From the NCBI RefSeq assembly GCF_009834535.1, contig NC_045711.1, forward strand, positions 11,780,001 through 11,844,000: a stretch of DNA of 64,000 nt, in the 5' to 3' direction. Source of the DNA: Camelus ferus (taxonomy: Eukaryota). The notes under the pieces are model-generated. The model made no database searches and had not been told where the DNA came from. It worked only from the letters and a program-made list of their open reading frames with translations. Positions 1 to 11,200 of the stretch are shown piece by piece. The translations under genes were made by a program, and so were the position numbers. Numbering within the stretch: position 1 is the stretch's first letter; each line of letters opens with the position of its first letter.

Positions 1-890
1 ACCAGTCAGCATCACTGTGGATTTTTTGCTCTAGTAACCTTCCAGTAAAGAGTTGGGTGCAAGGAGCAAGTAGATGGATGGTTTGAATTAACTAGGGTGG
101 GAGTTTAACTAAAAAGAGAGAGAAGGGCTTTTAAGATATTTGCATGATAGTGATTATGTGCCAGATCAGGAATAGAAAATGGGTGAGAAGGAGAGTACAT
201 GTAAAAAGAGATCAGTAGACAGTGAAAAATTGATGGAGTCAATGGTTTTGAAGTCTCCAGGAAGTGAAAGGGGTGGGGATACATGAGTAAAGGAGCTGGG
301 AAGGAAGGAGGTGATCATCAGAGATGGGAGGCTTGAATTCAATATGTTGGAAGAGGGTGTTTTGGGAGATGACAACGCCTAGGGTGGGGGCCTGAGGATG
401 CTGAAGAGAACCATCATTGGAGATGAGAGACTCAGGGCTGAGAGGCTGCAATTAGCTGGAGCACCCTGATGGTTTTTGAAGTCAACAGCAATGATGATAA
501 GACCATAGGTGTAAAGAGGAGGAGGATGAGCCAGGCGCTAAACTTGTCAGTGAATGTGGGGGAAGGACCCGGCTGGAAAAGCCCAGCAACAATTAGAGAA
601 GGTGGGGGCTACACTTCCAGAATGAATGTCAACGGAGCAAATGACTTTGAAGGATGAAGGAAGAATAATGGTCTAGAAGTAGTGTTGAGGAGCAATCCTC
701 CAGCTCCAGACCGCAAGGTATATGAAATAAGACCAAAAATAAGCCTTTATTAAGAGGGCTGCTGGGGAGGCGTGTCCTCCAAGACAGCCAGGTTTCAGTA
801 AGGCCTAGGAAAGGAACATCAGAGAAGAGGCTGGGCATATAAGGATGATGACAGATGTTGAGCACAGAAGTCACAGTGGAAGAGCTTGAA
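1..890 (-). mobile_element. LINE2 (L2) ORF2 remnant, endonuclease region
   Basis: Fragmented minus-strand frames, including FLGLTETWLS (ORF 629-874), match the L2/CR1 apurinic-endonuclease 'LALTETWL' motif. Purine-rich + strand is typical of an antisense L2. Confidence 0.7.
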
Positions 891-1399
891 AGATCAAGTT
901 CAGTTGGAAGATTGAGTTAGATTAGGGGAAATACATCACAGTGTGGGGATGACGGGTGATACGAGGAGGTAGGCAACCTGGCATCAGAACCCAACCAACT
1001 TGTTTATTTCTATGGGGAAATGTGTTCTGAGTCTGAAAGAAAAAAACTGATCAATAAATGAACTTTGGAAATTTGCAATGTTATTTTACTATTATGCAGT
1101 ATTACTTAAAAGCTCCTTATTATTCTGGTCACTGGTTATTGTTTTACTGGTCAGATCTAGAAGTTATAGACCCAAGGCAGATAAAACATCCCAGGTTCCA
1201 ATTCCACCTCATTCAGAAATTTATTCTTGGGCCTCAATTGCCTCATCTATAGAAAAAGAGTGATAATATTTTGCCTGCTTAGGAAACAGGAGACTGGGCC
1301 AGATGTTCTCCTGTAGTTCAGCCTGGAACATATTTTGAGATACAGATCTGGAGAAGTGAAGAAATGACCAACTCATTTTATGAGGCTATGGTACTCCTG

Positions 1400-3950
1400 C
1401 CTCTGAAATCAGTTAAGGATAATATAGGAACAGTGTTACAGGCCCATTTCACCTATAAATTTAGATGTAAAAACCATTAATAAAATATTACTTAACCAAA
1501 TGTAAAAATGTATTTAAAGAATCATACATCACAAACAAGAACAGCTTATCCCAAGAATGCAAGTGTTTCAATACTAGAAAATCCATCAATGTAATTCACC
1601 ACATTAATAAATTAAATATACACATATGCATATATATATTTACCTCGATCAATAATTTTAAAAAGCATTTGATAAGGTTCAACACTTACTTATGAAAAGA
1701 ACTTCTAGCCAACAAAGATTAGGGAGGAAATTCCCATACTTAATGAAGAAAATTTAACCTCATCTCTTTTATCATTGGGGAAAGGACAAAGATGTCCACT
1801 GTTAACCCTTTGTTTGACAAAGTCCTAGAAGTCTTTTTTTTTTTTTTTTTTTTTTTTTTGGTGGAGGAACTGGGAATTGAACCCAGGATCTCTCCACCAC
1901 TGAGATATTTCCCTCCCCACAAGTCCTAGAAGTCTTGATCAATATTGCAAGGAAGTAAAAGAAATAAGTAGTGTAAAGACTGAAAGAGGCAAAATAATAC
2001 TGATTTGCAGATATATAATCATCTACTTAGAAAAGCTAATAGAATCAACAGAGAGACTATTAGAACAATCAAACGTGTTCAGCAATGCTGCTGTATCCAA
2101 GATCAACCTACAAAAAGTCGCTAGTATTTTATTTGCCAGCAATAACTAATCAGAAAATGCAATTTATAAAAACCACTCAGTTTGTATCACAGACAAAAAT
2201 TATAAAGCATCTAGGAATTAACAAAGTATTCATAAGAAAAATTTTAATTCTACTAAAGAACATAGAAGATGATTTGAATAAATAAAGAAATAGTCCATGC
2301 TCTTAAATGGGATGACTTCACATTATAAAGATATCAGTTGTCCCCAGAATAACTTGTAATTGGATAGATTACCAATAAAAATCCAACTGGTGTTGTTTGG
2401 AAAGATCTTGATAATTTTATCCCCAAATTTGTTTGGAGCAATAAAAAAACCGTAAATGGGGTCTTGCCTGTCCAGAAACTTAAACTTGCTACAAAGCATG
2501 CAGCAATAACAACAGTAGTATTAGTGCAAGGACAGACAGATACACCAATGGAACAGAATACCAGCTCAGAGACAGACGCTTGTATATACCAGAATTTGAC
2601 ACATGTAGATGTGGCTCGATACAAGAAAAATAAATTGGATCCCTAACATCCAAAAACACGGATGAACTCTAGATGGATTAAAAAGACCTAAACGTGAAGA
2701 GTAAAACTACAAACTTATTGGAAGAAAATGTACATTTGTGTTGTGGAGATGGAAAAGAATATATGCAAACTTTCAAAACCACAGACTATAAGGGGGAAAA
2801 ACCGGTCATTTTGATTGCACCAAATTTAAGGATTTCTATTAAATGAAATTCACCAAAGAAAAATTAATAGGCAGACAACAGAACAAGAGAAAATATTTGC
2901 TATGTAATCTGACAAAGAACTGATATCGTTTGTTCAAATGTCTTGCCAATCAACAGGAAAAATGCTCCAAGTGAAGGTGGGCAGAGACTATAAGGAGGGA
3001 TTTGGGAAAAAAAAAAGAAAAGAAAGCCAAAGTGCTAACAAGTGTTTAAAGAAATGCTCCAAGCCATAAGTAATCAGAGAAAACTGCAGTAAGACATCAC
3101 GTTTACCTACTGAACTGACAAATATTAGAAATCCAAACAAATTCTCATTTATTTGATTAAAATCTTGTATAGTCCATTCTAGATTTTAAAAGACTGGCCA
3201 TCTCAATGTTGGTAAGGCTGTGTAGGAACTGGAACTTTCAGCCACTGCTGGTGGAAATGTACAATGGGACAACTACTTTGGAAAAGAGTTTGGCCAATTC
3301 ATAAAAAGTTGTGCATACACCTATCACATAGTCCAGTCACTCTACTCCGAGGTATTTTCCAAGAGAAATGAAAGCATGTGTCCATACAAAGACTTGTACG
3401 TGAATGTTCCTAGCAGCCTTGTTTGTAATGGCCCCAAACTGGAAATAACCCGAATATCATCCATCAACAGGTGAATGGATAATCAAACTGATTACTGTTG
3501 ATAATCAAATTAATAATATTTAGGAATGAACGCATAATACACGCAACACAGATGAATCTCAAAATAATTATGTTAAGTAAAAGAAGCCCAGACAAAAGGA
3601 ATATGTTCTGTATGATCCTATTTGCATAAAGTTCTAAAAAATACAAACTACTCCATAATGACAGACAGCAGATCAGTGGTTGCCTAGGAGCTGAAGGGAG
3701 GAATTACAAAGAGGTACAAGGAAGCACTGGGGGTGATGGATGTGTTCATGAACTTGATTCTGGGTACGGTTTCACAAGTGTATACATATGTCAAAATGTA
3801 TCAGATTACGGATGTTGACTTATTGTGGTAAACATTTCGCAATATATAAGAATAGCAAATCATTATGTTGTACACCTGAAATGCATATAATGTCATATGC
3901 CAATTATACCTCAATAAAAAAATCTTCTGACTTGTCAAATTGTACATTTT
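1400..3950 (+). mobile_element. Old LINE1 (L1M-type) ORF2 3' part and 3' UTR, degenerate
   Basis: A-rich, with L1 ORF2 relics: aaaagcatttgataaggttcaacac (KAFDKVQH) near 1660 and atggaacagaata (QWNRI) near 2548. L1 3' end signatures actgctggtggaaatgtacaatgg and aattatacctcaataaaaa near 3902-3920. Confidence 0.85.
1836..1920 (-). mobile_element. Short tRNA-Ala-derived SINE lacking the anticodon arm, inserted in L1
   Basis: T run 1834-1859, A and B boxes on the minus strand, perfect 16-bp TSD aagtcctagaagtctt at 1820-1835 and 1921-1936. Confidence 0.85.
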
Positions 3951-3955
3951 AGACA

Positions 3956-4083
3956 GGAGGGTATCGCTCAGTGGTACAGTGCATGTTTGGCATGCACAAG
4001 GGCCTGGGTTCAATCCCCAGTACCTCCACTAAAAATAAATAAATAAATCAATAAACCTAATTTCCCTTCGCCCTTCCAAAAAC
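3956..4083 (+). mobile_element. tRNA-Ala-derived SINE (Vic-1-like)
   Basis: ggagggtatcgctcagtggtacagtgcatg...ctgggttcaatccccagtacctcca followed by an (aaat)n tail. Confidence 0.85.
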
Positions 4084-4109
4084 AATTTTTTTTAAAAGAA
4101 TAAAAAATA

Positions 4110-4226
4110 GGGGGGAGTGTATAACTCAGTGGTAGAGCGCATGCTTAGCATGAATGAGGTCCTGGGCCCCAGTACCTCCATTAAAAGAAATAAATAAACC
4201 TAATTACCTCCCCCCACCAAAAAAAA
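4110..4226 (+). mobile_element. tRNA-Ala-derived SINE (Vic-1-like), second tandem copy
   Basis: ggggggagtgtataactcagtggtagagcgcatgcttagcatgaatgaggtcctggg...cccagtacctcca plus A-rich tail; B box partly deleted. Confidence 0.85.
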
Positions 4227-4399
4227 GTATCATTTAAAAAATATTTTTTGAAAAATGAATTGTACACTTTAAATATATGCAATTTATTGTCAATTATATC
4301 TCAAGAAAGCTGTTTTAAAAAACAAAAACAATAAAAACCTTATTCAATTCTATCTATTCTAAGCACTATATGAGTATTACATTATTCACCTTCATTAAA

Positions 4400-4590
4400 A
4401 CCTGAAGCTGCGATACTATTATTATCTCCCTTCTCATTTTACCGATGAGGAAAATAAGGCACAAAGAGTTTAGGTAACTTTCCCAAGGGCACGAAGTTAC
4501 CAAGTACCAGAGCTGGGACTCAAACTCAAGAGCTGGGACTCAAACTCAGGCCATTTGGGCCGAGAGTCCATACTCTTAACTATACTGCCT
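4400..4590 (+). mobile_element. MIR SINE
   Basis: MIR core cattttaccgatgaggaaaataaggcacaaagagtttaggtaactttcccaagggcac; contains a 20-nt tandem duplication at 4509-4548. Confidence 0.7.
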
Positions 4591-4699
4591 TTGGGTGGAT
4601 GTTGCCGGAGAGGATGTGGTGGTAGCAGAACACTCCGGAACTGCTGATGGAAAGGGAGACTGTGACTGTCCTTCTTCAGAGCAAGCTGGTAGTACTTAG

Positions 4700-5200
4700 T
4701 CAAATTAGGTATAAGTATACCCTATGACTCAGCAATTCCGCTCTCCACTGGTGGAGGTAGGTATAAATAAAGACCTAGACATCGGCAGAGGCAGAGAGAC
4801 ATCTCCCAAAATGAACTTGTATGAAAATGTTCATTGCCACATTATTTGTTGCAGCTGGGAATTGGAGGTGACGATGGGTGCTCTTCAACGAGATGAGTGA
4901 TATTGTGGAATAGTATGCAACAATAACTTATGCAGCAATAAATTTGATCATCGCAGGGCATGAATGGGTTTTTAAAACATAGTGCTCACTGAAAATAAGA
5001 TCAGAATAAAGTATACAACCAAATGCTATTTACATACATTAAAAATGCGTGCATGCAAAACAATTCATATTTTGCAAGAGCACAAATAAAAATGAGCATT
5101 AAATGCATTGGAATGGTTGCCTTTTGAGGGAGGACACATGAGATATGGGTATAAAAATAGAAGAAATTTAAAATAAATAAAAACAAGACATTGATCAATG
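4700..5200 (+). mobile_element. Old L1 3' fragment
   Basis: ccctatgactcagcaattcc and aaaatgttcattgccacattatttgt resemble the L1 3' region. Confidence 0.55.
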
Positions 5201-6269
5201 AGGACAATGTACCAAGAACTGTGTCATTAATTCAACCTTCTGTACCTGAGACCCTAACTTAAGGACAAAATAGAGTGAAGGGACAAAGGGAGGAGGTGGC
5301 ATTCTGGAGCTCAGGGGTCCAAGTTTTCCCTCTGGAAGCTGGAAGCAAAGTGGGCCTGTTGGGTAGGAACTGGAGACAGAAAGAGAGGAGAAATGTCCTG
5401 GCTCTCTCCTGCCCACCAGTCACTTACCTACCATGGGCTGAAGCCAGCCAGAAAGCAGTGAACACAGGAGCTTGAAAGCAGAAGCCTGCAGAGGTCAGCT
5501 CCCCATGACACAGGGCAGAGCTTAGGAAAGGCTAGAGTTGGCTCTTAGACCTAACAGGCCAAGGATTAATTTCTATGCAAGATCAACACACACAGGCTCC
5601 AATGCAAAGTTCCCACTTGTGTCCTGTGCCTCTCTCTTTCCCTTTCCCTCCTCCTTCAATCAATCTTGTTCTCCCACCTTCCAGGCCATTTTTCTTCCCC
5701 CCTCCCAACTCTCTCTCTTTATTCCTGTTCCTTTCTACTCCCCTATCACTTTCCCCATACTCTTTACTCTATCTCCCATATCTAGGCCTGATCTGCTTTC
5801 CTTGATTCCACTTTCCCTGGGTTTTACACCCCCAGAAGGGTCCTGAGATGCATCAGAACAAAGCATCTGAACAGGAGCAGGAATGTGGCCTGCCCCAAGC
5901 AGCAGGACAGAGCCCATCCCTGCACTCCACCAGCTGCACTGAGTTGCGTCTGCCCCCAGCCCGTGTATCCCTCCTACTCCCTTTTTCCCTCTTGGCACCT
6001 TTCTCAGCTTTTCCTCTCTCTGCTCTCCTCCCTTTGTGATGTGCTGGCATCCTTGGGTTTCCCTTTACCTTCCTGATCGGTCCCTCTCTGCTTCCATCAA
6101 TCGCTTCTGCTCCTTTCTACTCACGAATGATTGGTTCTCCTCAACAATCAGACCTTAGCTCATCATTCACACCCTCTTGGTCAGGTAGATCGAGCCATTC
6201 ACCATAGGGTGCCCCCACTTTATGACTGCTCCCTAGTCTGTGTTCTTGGCCATCAGGAGCAGACCCTCA

Positions 6270-7070
6270 TTTCATTCATTCAACAGACATTTGCTGAGTG
6301 CCCATCTATGGGGTCCTGGGGATACAGAGGTCAACAAGATGACCACCTGTCTTCAAGTGAAGTACAGAGAAATGATGACAATATACTACACTGGGGACAC
6401 ATGGCTTTCTGGAGGAAAGCCAAGGAAGTTTTCGCAGAGAGGGTGAGCTTTTTTGGGAAGATGAATGGGAGTCCTCTGGTATTCCAGAATGAGGGATTAC
6501 TATAGCAAAGGCACCAAGGACTGAAACAGCACAGCGTGTTCTGGGTACGAGAAGTACAAGAACTTGAAGGGAGAGGCTAGGAGGTAAGGAGGAGATAGGA
6601 GAGGAAAGGCAGGAGGTTTGGTTCACTCTGAAAGGGTTTAACTTGACACCAGGCAACAAAGACTTTTGGGGCAGGAGTGATGAGGTTGAGCTTTTTTATA
6701 TTGTACTCTGCCCTCCCTGTAAAGGATAAGGAGGAGCAGGAGGATCAGTCAGGGTGATGGTGGTCTGGACCAAAGTAGCAAGAGTACAGGTGGAGAAAAT
6801 CAGATGAGTGTGAGTTTAGGAGATGTGGGTAATTAACCGGATAAAGGGGCGTGCAGGAGAGGAGGAAGCAAGCATGACTTCCAGGATTCTGAGAGGAGTG
6901 ACTTGGTGGCTAATGCGACCATTCATTGGGATGAGGAAGTTAGCAGGAGGAATAGGTTGGGATATGCTGATCACATGAGCTGCCCACCCAGGCAGCAGCT
7001 GAACACTCGGACTTGGAGTTTCAGAAAGAGACCTGGGTTGGACGTAAGGAAGCCTTAGGGAGGTAAAATG
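6270..7070 (-). mobile_element. L2 3' fragment
   Basis: (ttca)n-type end cattcattcaacagacatttgctgagtgcccatctatg followed by purine-rich L2-type sequence. Confidence 0.65.
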
Positions 7071-7370
7071 AAGGAAACAGTGGGCCAGAGACCACCCTGG
7101 TCCGATCCACTGCGGATCCGCTCTCTCTCTCCAGGTGGCACTACAGCCTCGCGCTTCTGAGGCCGGTTTTCCGAGCCGTGCGCTCTATGTACTGTGTTCA
7201 CTGCTCTCGCGACCCGCCAACTCTAGGTCGCGCCGTCCTCGCTGGGCAGGATTTAGCTGGGGATGCAAACCTGGAGTGGCCTCCAGAAAGCGTGTCCAAG
7301 TCGTCCACGCGGCCAGCACATTCTTGGCAGCTCAGGGACCTCAGGGGTGGTGACGTAGTTGATGTGATCA

Positions 7371-7401
7371 CCTGTCCCTTGGGCCGCCCCCAGGAACCAA
7401 C
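7371..7401 (+). promoter_or_regulatory. SLC2A4 promoter Domain I-like element (EBF/O-E, NF1, GEF region)
   Basis: cctgtcccttgggccgcccccaggaaccaac resembles the human/mouse GLUT4 Domain I as recalled; contains an EBF-type TCCCTTGGG; about 900 bp upstream of the ATG. Confidence 0.6.
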
Positions 7402-7614
7402 GTGGGCAACGGATATAGGGGAAGGGCTAGAAAGGCAGTGCCTGGAGCAGGTATGCATGGAAAGACGACCACCGAGTCCAGACACCCAACGCCCTGGGAA
7501 AGGAATTTCCTGTCACCCGGGCCATCTCCGCGTGAGAAGCGAGTCGTGGACCCTTTAAGGCTCCATCTCCCTGACCTCCCCCACCCAGGACAGGCCGGGA
7601 CACCCGGGACCTGA

Positions 7615-7671
7615 CATTTGGCGTCTCCCAACGAGGGAGCTAAAAATAACCATGTAGGTTACTCCAGGCCA
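7615..7671 (+). promoter_or_regulatory. SLC2A4 muscle/fat enhancer: E-box, MEF2 site, DR4 (TRE/LXRE)
   Basis: CATTTG 7615-7620; CTAAAAATAA 7640-7649 (MEF2 consensus YTA(W)4TAR); AGGTTA-ctcc-AGGCCA 7656-7671 (DR4). Same order as the described GLUT4 enhancer. Confidence 0.75.
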
Positions 7672-8278
7672 TTGCTCCGCACCCACCCCGCGCGCCTGCT
7701 CGCGCTCTGTCTTGGGCTGTCCAAGTTCTCTCCCGGGCAAGTGTACCTGGCCCGTCCCCTCCTCTCGGACCCCGCCGTCCCAAGCCACCTCGCAGGGCTT
7801 TGAAGTCGCTCCTTCAGCCCCGAACTTTGGGCGGAGTCTTCACACTAAGAACAGACTCCCGGTCTCCCAGGACCTTTCTCTCAAAACTTCCCAGCGGAAG
7901 GTTGGCGGGAACGCTGAGGGGCGTGGCCTCACTGGCCAACCCAAGAGCTCTTGCCAAACTCTCAGACCCGAGCTCGGGGGGGAGTGGCCTTCTGGGGTGT
8001 GCGGGCTCCTGGCCAATGGGTGCTGTGAAAGGCGTGGCCCTGGGGGCTGCGGGGGCTCTTCGGGTCTTTTGCCCCCAGCCCAGCTCGGCCAGAAAACCAG
8101 GAGCTGTTCTCTGGCTTCTCGGCCTGTGACAGTGGGTCCCGCCGGGCCGGCCCTCCGCACATCGCTCCGGGACCCCCGTCGCCCCCGCGCCCTCTGTCCG
8201 CCAGCCTGGGGCCGCAGACCCCCAGTCGCCTCCCTCTTGTCTACGGCAGCTCTTGGCGTCTCCAGCTCCTAAGACAAG

Positions 8279-11200
8279 ATGCCATCGGGCTTTCAACAGA
8301 TCGGCTCCGAAGTAGGGTTTAGCATGTTGGGGCGGGACGGGGACACGGGTCCCGCTTTTCTCGGGCTGGGGTCGCGGTTGGGGTCAGCTAGGGGGCGGTC
8401 CTTGCTCAGGCCCAGGGGGTGGGGGTGGAGGACTGGCTATTTATACCAGGGCAGGACAACCCGTGACTGTCGGATTCCAATACCTCCAAGAGACAGAGTG
8501 GGTCTGGGGAACCATTCGGAGACACACGGGCCGTAGCTGGATTCTTCAAGTCCAGGGTTCGCCCGCTTCTCTAGTTTGCGGCGCGCTGAGCCAGGATCGG
8601 GAACACCCTGCCCTTGATCCAGCTTGAGAAAGCAGACCCCGGCAGGTCTTGCCCTCCAGAAGCTGTCGGTCTGTCCCGGATCGCCCGCAGTTTTTCGAGG
8701 ACCGGAGGCTCTCCGTAGGCACCCCCACCCCCACTCTTGGCAGTCCTCCAGGACACTGAACTTTCCCTCGGCCCCATGGTTGGTGGAGGGTTAGAGGGGA
8801 GTGTCAGCCCTCCCTCCCCCAGCTCAGGTTTCCATTTCGAGACAGTCTGTGCCGCCAGCGATCAGCCACCACCGCCACCGCCCCTCACACCACCTTCCCG
8901 CCCCCATCCCCTGGGCAAGGCTCTCCCAGGCAAAAGCCGGCATGGCCCCCTGCCCTTCGTCGGAGCTTAGAGGGGGAAGGGAGGCCAGGGAGGAGACAGA
9001 CAAGAACACAGGCCCGGAGGAACGACCGTGATGTCCTTTTGGGAATTGCCCTTCTTGAGTCTGTTGGGGGCTTCCAGGAGCCAGCAGAAAAGAGGAAAAG
9101 AGGACAGAGGCTGATGACAATAATGAATTTGTCACTTTATAAAACCAGCGTTGTTGGGGATGCCGTTAACATTGTTAACATTTGATTTCGCTTTTCACAC
9201 TTTCATTGACAGGTAGGCAAAGCAGGCAACACCAACCCTATCTATCTCCCCAGTCCGGAGTAGGGAAGTGACTTAGCCAAGGTCACACAAACCCAAACTC
9301 AGATCTCTTAAGGCCAAGCGTGTCCCAAGGTCACAGAGGAATTATGAGACTCAGGTCCTCAAACATTTCTCTGCCTGCGGGACTCACATCAGTTTCTCCT
9401 CCATGCCTTGGGACTCTCGGGTTCTTCCTGCTCTTGTTTACACTGAGATCTTCCAATGATTCCTAATATGGCCCACTTTCCCTCACCCAACATGTTGGAT
9501 GGAACCCAGCACCTTAAAGCTCCCACTGGCCCTGGGCCCCTGGAGGAAGGAAAGAAGCCACGGTTGCATGTGACATGCCTCCTCTCTGCTTCCGCCTGCC
9601 CAGGATGGGGAGCCCCCTCAGCAGCGAGTCACTGGGACCCTGGTCCTCGCCGTATTCTCTGCTGTGCTCGGCTCCTTGCAGTTTGGCTACAACATTGGGG
9701 TCATCAATGCCCCCCAGAAGGTGAGGGGGCTACCACCCGCAGAATGGGGGGGTGCCTGAACAAGGCAAGGGGTGTTGCAGGAGAGTAGGGAAGGAGAAGT
9801 TGGCAGGGAATCATCGGAGTGCTGTCTCCCCAGGTGATTGAACAGAGCTACAATGAGACGTGGCTGGGGAGGCAGGGGCCCGAGGGACCAGGCTCCATCC
9901 CCCCAGGCACCCTCACCACCCTCTGGGCTCTTTCCGTGGCCATCTTCTCTGTGGGCGGCATGATCTCCTCCTTCCTGATTGGTATCATCTCTCAGTGGCT
10001 GGGAAGGTATGGGGCTGGAGGGCAAGGGTGGGGGAACAGGAAGGGAGACAGAGCACGGGGGCCAAATTCTCACAGCCCCACTCTGCCTGCCAGGAAGAGG
10101 GCAATGCTGGTCAACAACAGCCTGGCGGTGGTGGGGGGCGCCCTCATGGGCCTGGCCAACATGGCTGCCTCCTACGAGATGCTCATTCTTGGACGGTTCC
10201 TCATTGGCGCCTACTCAGGTACCCCGGGCGCTCTGGTCCTGCTTCATGCCTTGATCTCCCTCCCTCTCCCTGGGCTGGGGAATAGGAGTGGGCAGCTGCC
10301 CTCACAACCTCTCTCCTTCCCTCTGCCCAGGGCTGACATCAGGGCTGGTGCCCATGTACGTGGGGGAGATCGCCCCCACTCACCTTCGGGGCGCTTTGGG
10401 GACACTCAACCAACTGGCCATCGTCATTGGCATTCTGATCGCCCAGGTGACTAAACCTGGCCTCCTGGGGGGCTAGGCAGGGGGTTGGGATGGGGCTCTG
10501 TGGACAGGCTGAATGGCCTGCCCTCCCTCCCATGCTTCTCCCACAGGTGCTGGGCTTGGAGTCCATGCTGGGCACTGCCACTCTATGGCCAGTACTCCTG
10601 GGCATCACAGTGCTGCCTGCCTTCCTACAGCTGGTCCTGCTGCCCTTCTGCCCAGAAAGCCCCCGCTACCTGTACATCATCCGGAACCTGGAGGGACCCG
10701 CCAGAAAGAGTGAGCTTCCACGCCATCTTGCTAGCACCTGTCCTCCTCCCAGACCCTGTCTGCTCTCTCAGGCCTGACCCTCTTCACCTCCAGGTTTGAA
10801 GCGCCTGACAGGCTGGGCTGACGTGTCTGGAGCACTGGCAGAGCTGAAGGAGGAGAAACGGAAGCTGGAGCGTGAGCGGCCACTGTCTCTGCTCCAGCTC
10901 CTGGGCAGCCACACCCATCGGCAGCCCCTTGTCATTGCAATTGTGCTGCAGCTGAGCCAGCAGCTGTCAGGCATCAATGCAGTAAGTATGCAGCAGCCTC
11001 CAGGAAGGGCAAGGGTTAAGGAATGGCCCAAGAGGAGGGAGGAAGGGGGCAAGCCCCATCTGTTAAAATGCATGGTCAGTTCAGCTTGGTGTGGTTGCCA
11101 GGGAGGAAGGGACAGCCCCACCATCTCCTTTTCTTCTCCCTTACATCTAGGTTTTCTATTATTCAACCAGCATCTTTGAGACAGCAGGGGTAGGGCAACC

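Noticed and set aside
3956-4030. tRNA-Ala(AGC)-like sequences (this copy and the others)
   Set aside because: They carry A-rich tails, TSDs and stem-breaking substitutions and occur about ten times: SINEs, not tRNA genes.
7125-7145. Possible CTCF site tctccaggtggcacta upstream of SLC2A4
   Set aside because: Two mismatches in the core; cannot be supported without binding data.
7712-8272. 186-aa ORF ending just before the SLC2A4 ATG
   Set aside because: TTG start in the promoter upstream of the expected TSS; no domain or coding signature.
9819-10454. 211-aa continuous ORF through SLC2A4 exons 3-4 suggesting intron retention
   Set aside because: The 87-nt intron 3 is simply stop-free and in frame; canonical splice sites are intact and there is no evidence of retention.
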